63,220 nt of DNA, taken from Chiloscyllium plagiosum (Eukaryota). Below are positions 48,911-60,740 of this stretch, piece by piece. Position 1 is the stretch's first letter, and each line of letters begins with the position of its first letter. Under the pieces are notes generated by a model. That model searched no databases, had not been told where the DNA came from, and saw nothing but the letters and a program-made list of their open reading frames with translations. The translations under genes and the position numbers were made by a program. The stretch is taken from the NCBI RefSeq assembly GCF_004010195.1, contig NC_057710.1:151211478-151274697 (forward strand). Reading direction: 5' to 3'.

Positions 48911-51729
48911 CATCTTCGAAAGTACATCATCTTCCAAGTAACAGTGTTAAATTCTATTTGTCATTGATCAACTCATCTGACCAATCCATCTGTATTCTTT
49001 TATCTTAATGTAAGACCTTCTTTCTTACTGTCAACCACCTGGCCAATCTGCAAACTTACTTACCTAACCACCGTCCCCCTCCACATTTTCTTTTAAATTC
49101 TTTATGTAGAATACAGTGGGCTACATACCCATTTACTTGGTGATTTTTATGTTTAAGTCAAATGTCATGGATCTTGCTAGTGAATTTTCAACTGCTCCGT
49201 CCACTCCTCACGTGAGAGGCTTTAGTACAGATATAGACCAATGGTGGCATGCTTCTGAATTTTGCAAGCTAGGGACACAAATTTTTGCATCCCTGGAGAA
49301 GGTGAGGATGGTGTCAAGAAGGGCAAATAATTGAGTGAGAGGCACTCACCCCCTTCTCATCAATTAATGCTGGGTGAGATAGTCTATTGGTGACCTTGAT
49401 TGTTTAGCAAAAAGAGCCTTAAGTTGTCAATTAACAGGTACTCCAAGGGCTCAGATCACCAACAGCCCAATTAAAAGCAGACAGGGCAACTGGCCAGTAT
49501 GGGACTGGGGCCTCCAGCTGCCCTAATCTGGTGGCAATCAATCAAAGGGGTGGCTGCTGAAAAACACCACACAGCCTCTGCCTCCTCTCCTCCTCTTCCA
49601 TTGACCCCACTCTGTAAGACCCAAAATAAAAATGACTCACCCTCTTGTCATTAGATCACCCGACGACGAGATCCCCAGCCAGGATTTCTAGGACCCAGAC
49701 ACTGCTGTACCTTTGTTCCTGAACCGAAACTTAAATGTTGAGACTCACAATTCACCAAGGAGCTTTCTGGCCAGCTGATTGGAGATCCATTCAGAAAGCT
49801 TTCCCATTGCAGAGGCAGAGAGTCAGTTGCCACTAAATCCAGCTGCTTTGACACTTAGGTTGCAAAATGGAAAATCTCTGACTTATTCTTCAGGGGTGCC
49901 TGTGCAGATACTCCAACCCCATCCCTCATGATGTCATTCACACATTATTAGCATAAAACTGTTAATTTGGCTCATTTTCTTTGAAAACATAGATGCAATT
50001 TTTTCTTATGTACTGGTAAGGATTTTGAAACTGAACTACACATTCTGAATAAAATTCACTATTCATCCATGTATCACCAAAACAGTCAACTATATTGCAA
50101 CTGCTTAAGGTGTGAAGCATTACAAAAATGATTGTACATAATGTAGAGGGTTTCATGTGTTGAGGGATCTGCAGTCTCTTATAGAAATCTGTAACTTGAT
50201 TTATGCATTTCACACAAGAAAGCAATATTGACAGTCTGGACTTTAAACGCTTCTGATATATGTTTTGCATTAGACAACAGAATGACCTCCGTAGTCCTCG
50301 TTCCTTAAGAATGGTTTAGGTTTACTCGGATCCCTTTCTTGCAGAGGGTTCTGCTTTCTGGTAGGATACATGGCAAAATTTTTCACTGGGGTTGAAATCC
50401 CAAACATCAGTGGCAAGTCCACTTCTACTGGTTGGGCTTGCCTCACCAGCACTGAACGGTCTACAGTCCAAATAGCTTCAGGTGGGAAGTTCTCCCTTCC
50501 CTAGGCTGAAATCCCACTTTAGGGATTTGCAGGAGTAGGTTGAGGAGGGGTGGAGGATGGTGGTGAGGGGATGAGGAGAACAGGGTAGAAATCACACTTT
50601 GGGAGGGGTTCACATGAATACATCAATGAGCCCAGCAACCTCTTGGGCACCAAGGCTCAAGGCTTTTTTAACAAGGTAATTGCAGCAACTGTGGGAGAAG
50701 GCCCTTGACTGTTCGGTATTTAAAGGCATCAGTTTGCCCTCGAGCAAGCGATCTGCCCAAAACCTTCCATACCAATGGTAAAATTGCAGTACACATCAGG
50801 AACAGCATGATGCATGGACTTCCTACCTGCAATCCTGTAAATATCAAGCCATAGGTATGAATGCCCTTAACAGCGGCTACTCCAGTCATCCAATCACTAG
50901 AGCAAAGCACTGTGGTTTTAACTCTGGTTTAATGACCTGATTTATTAATTCCTATATATGCAGAATAATGCATTGATTTGTGATCATGACTGACAAAAGT
51001 ACACAACCCACTGAACCCTCTTAATTTCCCACGATCCATTTCACAAAGTCTTAATCATAATGTACGTTTGCTGTAGCACTTAATTGTTTCAAATGTGGTT
51101 CAAATTTGAAGGCTTGGTGGTTTCATCTAACATCTATCTTCATTCCCAATTACTATAATAGTACTGTAATAGAGACTCTACTTGGGATGTTAGTAGCAAG
51201 CAGTCTTCCAGTTTCTTTTATGCAACTTTAGCAGTAGAGAAAAACAAGAGGGAAGAAAGAATGATGTATTGCGTTTCTCCCACTTGCTAAATCGAGTGTT
51301 AAAACTACATGTTTACAATGAGCACCTTTTCTGCTTTCTTTCTTTCTTTTATAAGTTACTTTGCAGAGTTTCTCTGTCCCTCTCTGAAAGATTTTAAAAA
51401 AAAGTTTGAGTCTGCTTCTCAGCTCCACTCTTTGATTCACACTTTCTTTCTAGATTCTAAGGTTTCCTATACTTCTTCTTCAATACTCTACCTGAAAGTA
51501 GGTCCAATACACAATGTCACAATCTTCAGCATAGGTAGGGTAAGGATGGAGGTCCTAAATCCACCTCAGCCGGAATAGAAATCAAACCCCACACTGTTCA
51601 CATTAGTTTGATCCACACCAGACAATTCACTAAGAGGCCACTTGCTCCCCAGTGGAGTCTGAGTAATTGCAGCAATGTGGACTTTTACCTCCATGCTGTA
51701 GACCGGAGCCAAGACTAGTGATGGTACAG

Positions 51730-51909
51730 AGCTGGAAATGTGTTGCTGGAAAAGCGCAGCAGGTCAGGCAGCATCCAGGGAACAGGAGAATCGACGTTTC
51801 GGGCATAAGCCCTTCTTCAGCATGCCTGGATGCTGCCTGACCTGCTGCGCTTTTCCAGCAACACATTTCCAGCTCTGATCTCCAGCATCTGCAGACCTCA
51901 CTTTCTCCT
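51730..51909. mobile_element. Family B short element as an inverted dimer with 14-bp TSD
   Basis: tagtgatggtacag at 51716-51729 and 51910-51923; arms agctggaaatgtgttgctggaaaagcgcagcaggtcaggcagcatccagg and its exact reverse complement. Confidence 0.88.
51793..51820 (-). ncRNA. Minimal hammerhead ribozyme core (family B), intact
   Basis: Minus strand CTGAAGA-A-GGGC-TTAT-GCCC-GAA-ACGT-C: both conserved boxes, 4-bp stem II, palindromic stem III, GUC triplet. Confidence 0.75.
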
Positions 51910-52410
51910 TAGTGATGGTACAGGTTCCAATTTTCTTTCCATTCATATTTAACCAACATTCTTCCTTTCTCTCATTCTTATTTCTTGCAACTGGTACATG
52001 TTGGAAGAATTTACAAATTGATATTCAACCTGTTTGGCTGGGTTATGAATGCATTTTCCTTGACCATCACATCCTGGTGTCATGAATTTGGAGCTTAGAG
52101 GGTGGGATATTACCACTGAACCACACGTCCTCCTTTCTAATGATGCCATTGTGTGACTAGAAAGGCTTCAGACTAACTGCAACTCATCCAGCCAACAAAT
52201 TAGTGAAGTTTCTTCATACAGTTTTGATACATATTTCTTGAGGATTCATCTCTCAGCTACTGTAGGTACAAACACTTGGGAGGATAGCCTTGCAAACAAT
52301 CAATTATTGAAACAGATTTGGATTTTCAGCTTAAAAACTCAACAAAGAACTCTTATTCTATAATGTACAAGCCCCATCCTTAATAGTGCTAATGTGGATG
52401 TGAAACTTAC

Positions 52411-52541
52411 TTGTGCCAAGCAGGAGAAGAGCTTTCATGCACAGGAACTCCTCATAAGTCAACTGGAGGCGTACAAATTCTATGCTGATACTTTGCATCC
52501 CTTGACATAGCTCATACATAGCTGATTGTTGCATCCGCTGT
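52411..52541 (-). CDS. NR3C2: Mineralocorticoid receptor LBD exon (equivalent to human exon 7; helices 7-8), 131 bp
   Basis: Minus-strand acceptor tttgtttttaaacag, donor gtaagt. Translates [43 protein letters not shown]; phase-1 junction to the next exon gives I-PKDG. Confidence 0.92.
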
Positions 52542-55500
52542 CTGTTTAAAAACAAAATTAGATGTTGCTAATTAGACTGGAGTTTATCACACATGCTGGT
52601 TGACATTAAAATATATTCTATACACTCAAACTCACATTAATCCAAACTGACCAGATGTACTAAGAAACATTTAGAAGTAAAAACACATGAATGCTGAGTA
52701 AAAGCAGAACTACTGTGAAAGTTGGTTTTATCGTGAATTCAGATACATTTATGATTCTATGACTCTATAAATTTGAACATATTTTGCATTTTCTGGAGTC
52801 CACCTAATATACTTTCAAAATTACATTTATTGATACCCCTTTCTTAGTCTTTCCACAACAAATACCTTCAGTGGCAGACAAGATTGATGGAGGACTTGTT
52901 CTTCAAACTCTGTACCACTGGAATCTGCACAGGAATGAAACAGGCACAAACCCTGATCCTGAAAATCGTTGTAACATGCTGACTGGAATTTCAATGTATC
53001 ACTTTCTGAAAGCTTTTTTTAATTGCACCTTATGAAGGAATATGTTAATTTGTATTCCTATACATGTGAATATTGTGTAAATCAAAATTAGTTGTTCTCA
53101 ATGCCCTTGAAAGGTTTGATAAAAGGAAGAATTCATAATTAAATTCTAAATAGTGTCTTTTGGCTGATTAATCTAATCAACATATGCAAATTCAATTTAG
53201 GATAATCATTAAGTTGTTACCCCTTGTAATACGCAGATATCATTAATTAAATTAATAATTTTGTGTTTTGCATTTTTAAGTGAAATTATGAAATAGCCAA
53301 CAGCTCTCCAATCCGAACAGGAACTGAGGCAGATGTAGACACTGTTGGGAGTGCAGTCAGTATTCAATAAGAACTCATTGAGGTGGCTAGACTTGAAGGT
53401 AAGATGGACACACTCACCAGGGATATTCTTACAGGGTCCAGCAAACAGGGGATGGGGAAGGAAGTGTGGAAAAGGACCAGAACAGGGTAAGTCCATGTGG
53501 AGGTAGTCTGCTGTATTGAGAGAGAAGCCCTCCATGGACAATAGGTTGCTTGACAGGTCTGCAACCAAGTCGCCAAGGTACACCTGGCATCTTCACTATG
53601 TGACATGGGCAATATCAGCAATACCACTGGTGATGGGAGGTGGCTTTTAAATGACCACGGATCAGACAATAATTGCCTCAAATGGGTCAAGGGTAGGTCA
53701 CTTCCTGCCACCTATCACATGTTGGTAAAATAGCAGTAGTGATATGCAGGTAACTGGCATACTGCTGCTTGACATACCAGCTGATTTTGTGCTTCCCTCT
53801 CCAACCACGAATTTATAAGCCTGCTCCTGGGTGGAGAGTAAGCTTCTGGGTATGGGTCACTGATCAGCCAGAATCTCATTGGATGGTGGAACAGACCCCA
53901 GAGATCTAATGGACTATCCACATTTCTCTGTTTTTAGAATTTCATGGTAGGCCTCATTTTTACATCTGGTATACTTCACGTTCTTTATTGTTCTAGCTTC
54001 TTCATTGGTTTCTTCCATGTTCAGGATTTGGGAACTTATGGTCGAGGAGTCCCTGCTCTTCTTACCCCAGTTGATCCTAACAGGGGCAGAGGGAGGCTCC
54101 AGTATGTAAAACATTGCAAACTTTTGACCTTAGGCTGGCACAATGTAGTCCTAAGTCTTGCTTAATTTCTAGTCCTCCTGGCATATTGTAGTCTCAAACA
54201 CTGAGGATTTTCAGTCCTTTTATATCTATTACTGTAACAAATTTATCATTCAAATGTTGTAAGGCTAGGTGCAATGTTGGACAGGATTCTCCTGCAGGCT
54301 TTTGGAACACTGATGTTCAAACCAAATGTAGAGCAAGCTTGCTGGGAGCCCGACTGGAGTCGCCAGTTCTCTAGAGCAGCTACACAGTTTTCAACCTCCA
54401 TACTCTTCATCTACAGGCTATTCCCATTACAGGACAGACAACCCACTGAGAGGTAGGCACTGCTGAGATAGGTCCAATACCTCTAGGGTTCCTCAACATG
54501 CTGGCACCCACTGAAGTGTAAAAATAAATAATGATTTTCAATGGAAAATGCAAAAGACTCCCCAGAGGCAAAAAACCCCACCCTTCGGATTGTTTAGGCC
54601 TCATTCTACCCTTGATGCCTGTGAACTCTCTTTGGGAGAGCAAACCTAAGGCTCTGATGGCAGTTCAAATGACCGCAGGAGGGCCTCCTCCATTAGGTTG
54701 ACTGTTTCTGTATACATTAGGAAGCTGTTTCATCACAATGTCAATGAGTCCAGAAAATAATCTTAATTGGAACTCCTATTCTGTCAATCATCACCACATT
54801 CCTGCCCACCTGGAAAAACTTTCCTGGCAATGGACACACAACAGGGAGATGCCCCAGTACACCTACCCTATATTCCACCCCTCCCCCCAATCTCCAAGTT
54901 CGCTGGGTCCATTGACATTGTTTCACCCTCTTCACAGATGCTGCCTGACCTGCTGAGTCCTTCCAGCCCATATTCTGTTTTAATTGTAAGGGTGGTATTT
55001 TTGAAGGATCAATAACATTGTGAAAAAATATTTTTCTCCAACTTCACTTTATTTTCACAGAGTGCAACTGAGGTCAGTGACATATTATTAAATATGTTCT
55101 TATTATTTTTCACTCATTCAATTTTAGTCTGGATAAACAAGCACCTCATCACTCAAACATATACCCTAACTCTTAACAAATAAAGGAAAAATAAAATGAT
55201 TGATCGTTCTAGCCCATGTAACACACCGTGAGAAATCAGAAACACTGTATAAATACAGATAAACTCAACATTATGTAAATAACCAAGTTTTGGAACACTG
55301 CCAAAGTTAAGCAAATCTGAACCTTTTTTTCTTAAAGCAACATAGTAAACTGTCCAACAATTCAGTTATATGTTCTGAGAAATCTCATGCTGAGGATCCA
55401 AACTCTAAGGATGAAACAATATGTTGTAGATGGCTTCAGATCTGATGATGGACAATTAATGTTACAGTTCTTCACTGAGCAGGGCTAAACTTTTCCTCAT

Positions 55501-56249
55501 CAAATTTATGCTGTATCATTTAAAGTTTTACTTTGTATGGATCAGATGACCGCATTCTTTCACAGAACTGACATAAATATAGTTAGTGCCCTCACACCAC
55601 ATTGACTCTCCAATTACTTTGAAGTGCAGCAAGTGGTCATTATACATAGCTTTGCACACAGAGTGAATTGTAGAAAGAAAGCATTAACAGTTAATTTGCT
55701 CTGGTTTTTGAGTGAGGGGGCCAAAATTCATTATGTGCCCGCACCACCGGAATTGGACAGCAGGCAAAATTCATGCTTCCCTTTATATACTCTGATGTTA
55801 TATGTTCTGGAGCATGCCTGTCATTTCTGGGCAAATCTTTACATCCTATTTGAATGCTGATGTGCATTTACAATTATGTAGTCCTCTCACATCACTCCTA
55901 AGTCCAAGAAACTTTGGAAAATTATGAGTAGCATGTCTATAATTCCACTTTCTTCAATAGCCTTGGATGCATCTTATCCAGTCGAAGTGCCTAATCAACT
56001 TGAAGTACAGACAGTCTATTCAATACCTTTCAGCCACCTCTTCTTTCACATTAACTTGGGTAGCAATTTTCTTCTCTTGATAAAGGCAGATACAAAGTAT
56101 GAAATGACTCTGGTCATGTCTATTGCCTCCATGTGTAAATGTTTCTGTTTGTAGTCGCTCATTAGTTCCTTAGTGCATGCCCATTCATCTATAATTATTT
56201 TCTAATTGGGTTCTTCAATAGTTTTTAAAGAAGCCAATGCTTGTATTAA

Positions 56250-57320
56250 TAGACAATAGGTGTAGGAGTAGGCCATTCGGCCCTTTGAGCCAGCACCACC
56301 ATTCATTATGATCATGGCTGATCATCCACAATCAGTATTCTCTTCCTGCCATATCCCCATAACCCTTGATTCCACTATCTTTAAAAGCTCCATCCATCTC
56401 TTTCTTGAAAGTATCCAGAGACTTGGCTTCCACTGCCTTCTGAGGCAGAGCATTCCATATATCCACCACTCTCTGGGTGAAGACGTTTCTCCTCAACTCT
56501 GTTCTAAATGGCCTACTCCTTATTTTTAAACTGTGTCCTCTGGTTCTGGACTCACCCATCAGCGGAAACATGCTTCTCGTCTCCAGAGTTCCAATCTTTT
56601 AGTAATTTTATACTTCTCAATCAGATTCCCTCTCATCCTTCTAAATTCAAGTGTATACAAGCCCAGTGGCTCCAATCCTTCAACATATGATAGTCCTGCC
56701 ATTCTGGGAATTGACCTTGTGAACCTATGTTGCACTCCTCTTTGCTCCTATATGCAATTTCTCTTGTTATCAAGGCCAGCTTTAATAAAATTAGCTTTCT
56801 TCACTGCCTGCTGTACCTGCATGCTTGCTTTCATTGACTGATGTATAAGCACACCTCGATCTTGTTGTACTTCCCCTTTACCTAACTTGACTCCATTTAG
56901 ATAGTAATCTGCCTTCCTGTTCTTGCCAGCAAAGTGGATAACCACACATTTATCCACATTAAACTGCAGCTGCCATATGCATCCGTCCACTCACCAAGCC
57001 TGTCCAAGTCACCCTGTATTCTCATATCATCCTCCTCACATTTCACCCTGCCACCCAGCCTTGTGTCATCAGCAAATTTGCTAATATTACTTTTAATACC
57101 TTCATCTATATCAATAACGTATATTGTAAACAGCTGCGCTCCCAGCACCGAGCCTTGTGGTAGTCCACTGGTTACCACCTGCCGTTCTGAAAGAGACCTG
57201 TTTATCATTATTCTTTGCTTCCTGTCAGCCAGCCAATTTTCAATCCAAGTCAGTATTTTACCCCCAATACCATGTGCCCTAATTTTGCTCACTAATCTCC
57301 TAGGTGGGACTTTATCAAAG
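56250..57320 (-). mobile_element. CR1 LINE RT/3' fragment (different subfamily)
   Basis: AHGIGGKILTWIENWL..SGLPQGSVLG..SKFADDT and SRTRGHSLK motifs. Confidence 0.92.
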
Positions 57321-58154
57321 GTTTTCTTTTTAGCAGAGACATTGAAAAGAAAGTCAGCATGTATTTATCACTGGGACCATAGCCTTGGTGGACTGGGTGC
57401 AGACTCACTGCTAAATTGGCATATATTGTACCCATTACACTATATTCCAATTTCTATCCCTAAATGTTTCATAATATAGCCGAGGAACATAAGAGCACAA
57501 AGAAATGTCATTTTTAATAAAATTACCAAGTTAGCCTTTTCAGCACTTGTTCACCCACTGTACAATTCTAACTATATTACCGTGCAGTAATTTATTCGTC
57601 TTACTTGCCTTTCAGCTGGAAATTTACAACTCAATAGTATGGTATCATTAATAAAAGTGATGGATGATATTCATCACAGCACTGATGTGTCACACAGTGA
57701 AGTCAAGCATTCCATGAGGGATATTTGTGTGCATGTTAAACCAAGATACTGTTCATCACCACTGTTGATGTCACAATCAGAAGTCACCAATCCAGTTCAG
57801 AAACTCAATAAAATATCAGTGCATGATGAGAAGCTGTTGTATCTGTATCAAAAACTACAGAACTACCGTGAACAGAGGCAAAAAGAGAATCATCCAATAG
57901 ACTCTATGATGCCAAATTGTCAATGAGGCATGTAGTTATGAATGAGAAGTTGAAACAAGTTCACACTCATTAAGCTTTCCATGAACTGTGACACAAATTA
58001 GCAAGGAGATTACTGATCTAAGATTATAAGGGTTTGACTTTGGTTGCCTTTTTGAAAAAGTACAAAATATTTGTTGTTTCATCCTTGATGGGAAAAGCTC
58101 AATTAACTGGGGTAGTTGAACCTGAAGAGATGGAAGAACAGGGATATTTAAGCC

Positions 58155-58250
58155 TTCCTGATGATGGACTTTTGCCCGAAATGTTGATTTTCCTGCTTCT
58201 CGGATGCTGCCTGACCTGCTGTGCTTTTCCAGCACCACTCTAATCTTGAC
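58155..58250 (+). mobile_element. Family B short element with decayed hammerhead motif
   Basis: CTGATGATGGACTTTTGCCCGAAATGTT at 58158-58185, then ggatgctgcctgacctgctgtgcttttccagcacc. Confidence 0.75.
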
Positions 58251-59819
58251 ATGTTTTAGCTTGTGTTGCAGAATAAATTACTTTAAACCAGAGCTGTGAG
58301 TCAACATCAATATGTAGCTGCTTGGACTAGATGTATGACTTTGATTTTCCTGGAAATCTCTGGATTTTTAAAAAAAAATACGTAAGTGTTTTAAATTTTT
58401 ACTGCATTCTCACCCATTCCTGCTTGTGACAAGGTTGATAGTGTACTGAGAGAAAGAATAGTTGTGTGAGCACCTATGTGAGGACCATATCTTGTGTCTC
58501 TTGGGGGTAATCTTGGGAAGTGTCTATACTTCCTTTGCTGGCTGCCTGGAAGAATGTCCAATTTGGATGGATGCTAGGGTGAGCATCTTCATTAAATGGT
58601 ATGGTGCAAATTGTTGTCAAAATATTTGTGCAACACTTATGATGTTGCTGAGAAAAGTGTTGTGCTACTACTACTGAGGAGTACATGAAGGAAAGTGTTG
58701 AACAGTGTCATCTCTGCTGAATGTTGGCTTTTTGAAGAGGTTCTTTGGGAGCTGGAGGGATGTCCTCTTGGCAGGTGACTTCATGCAACTTCCAGCAGGG
58801 ATGAAAAGCCAGCTTTAGCTCTTAAGCCAATCTTAGGTTAATCCTTCTTGGGGCTTCAGCTGAGGTAATTGGTGCAGATTCTTTTGGCTCTTGTCAAATT
58901 GCTGTAAATAAGATGCAGCCCTGAAGATTCAATTGGTTTCTGTAGGAAAGAAAGGCTAAGTATCTAGAAGTAAAGTGATAAAAATGAAGAGAGTGAATCT
59001 CTCTCTGTTGTATGAAATGTTAGAAGCTCATCTATTAGTGACGCGCAGTGGTGTAAGAATGGATTAGAGAACTTAAGAGTTGGAGACAAAAGCTAAAATG
59101 TGCATGTGAACGGTCACATTTGGATTGTGAACTTCCTGTTATTTGCTCTACAGCTCCCTTGGGTTGGCATTCTCTCTCCTGCTGATTTATGAATTGGACC
59201 ATATTCCTTGATTCTTGACATTCAATTTACTTTTTCATTATTTCCCACAAAATTACTGCATCTTTCATTTTGCTCCCCACAAGTGAATTGGAATCTTTTC
59301 CCACATTAAAGACACTGTGCAATTACCATTTGTTGATTTTACTTTTTCATTGTACTCCGAGATCATTTTCTATTTCTCTGCTGGCCTCTGGATTAATGCA
59401 CTTTTCAAATGCTCCTTGGATCAATCTCCACAAAACCACAATCATTTAGCATAACCTCTGTTGTGTGCTGGCCAATTCTACAATTCAAATAGCTACATGA
59501 TTCAAAAAACCCATCCCCAGCCACCAATCCTTTAGCATCGCCACTGTTCCTCTTCTAGCCTTTCAATTACAATAGGACTATGGAGATTTTACCTTCTACT
59601 CCTCCTCTTTACGATGCAAAATTGGTTGCTGTCATCACTCTCGCTAAATCCATATGACTGTTACTTCTTGTTTCATCCATCAAGTTAGAACGTTTGTTAG
59701 AGGACAGGTATCTCCTCTCTTATCAACTCTGACCCTAAAGTTGCCTTCTTGCCATGCCCAGATATTTATTGCTAATCAATTCAATAATTCATGCAGCACT
59801 TGTTAACAATAATTTCTAT

Positions 59820-60740
59820 TTTTGTATAGCTATTTTAATATAATTAAATTTCCCAAGTTATTTGACATTAACATAATAAAGCAAAATTTGACACCACACC
59901 TCATGAGGGAATAATCAGTCAGGTTAAAGTTCAGTCAAAGAGGCATGCTTTAAAGAGACATGGACAGGGAATTCTGGAACTTGGGGATCTACAACTGAAG
60001 GCATAGCGACTAATGGTCAAGTAATTAGAATCAAAGGTGCATAAGAAACCAGAATTGGATAAGCACAAATATTGTAGAAGATTGTGGGGCTGGAGGACAT
60101 TACAGATGACTATGACTATGGAAGTCAGAGTCATACAGGTGGAAACTGACCCTGCAATCTAACTAGCCCATGTTGACCATGTTCCCAAACTAAACTATTG
60201 CCACCTGCCTGCGTTTGGCCTTGAAGCCTCCAAACCTTTCCAATTCATGTACTTATCCAAAGAGATTTGAAAGCAAAGAAGAGAATTTTAAAACCATGAT
60301 GTTGCTTGACCAGGAGCCAATGTAGGACTAAGCACAGGAGTTTGAGTTAAGATATGAACAGCAAAGTTTTGGATGACCTCAAATTTACTCTGATGTGGGA
60401 GACCTGCCAAAAGTATATGGAATGCTCAAGTCTAAAGGTATCCAAAGTACGAATGAGGGTTTTGGTCGCAGATGAGCTGGGGCACAAGTGAAGTCGGGTC
60501 ATGTTCCAAGATGGAGATAGGTGATGTTAGTGATTGCATAAATATATGGTCCAGAGCTTACCTTGGATTTAAACATGACAATAATTTTGTGAACAATCTG
60601 GTTTAGTTTCAGCCAGCTGACAAGGAAAGAAATGGAGTCGGGAGCTTGGAGTGGAGTTTAGAGTCGGAACAAAAATAATAGCTTAAGACTTCTCACTTAT
60701 AATTGAATAAAAGCTTTGCTCAGATAAGCAGTCTGATAAT
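59820..60740 (-). mobile_element. Old L2-like LINE fragment with a short CR1 3' end inserted at ~60125-60260
   Basis: Similar to 17680-18110 and 14390-14530 (aaaatttgacacc, gttttggatgacctcaaattta); CR1 tail agagtcatacag..ccctgcaatctaact. Confidence 0.5.

Larger units (their letters stand above)
47550..49110 (-). mobile_element. Decayed CR1 LINE 3' region hosting two later insertions
   Basis: tagaatcagagaatcatacagtacag tail; ggaaaacaaccc..cccaggcagcatactggtgaatct..cagaactgcacacagtactcc; continues after 48664. Confidence 0.75.

Noticed and set aside
19405-52541. Assignment of the receptor exons to NR3C1 (GR) or PGR
   Set aside because: LQLT, EMR.NYIKELR, LVS, ALK.EFP, DQLP and the ARHGAP10-like neighbour favour MR; not proven without a phylogeny.
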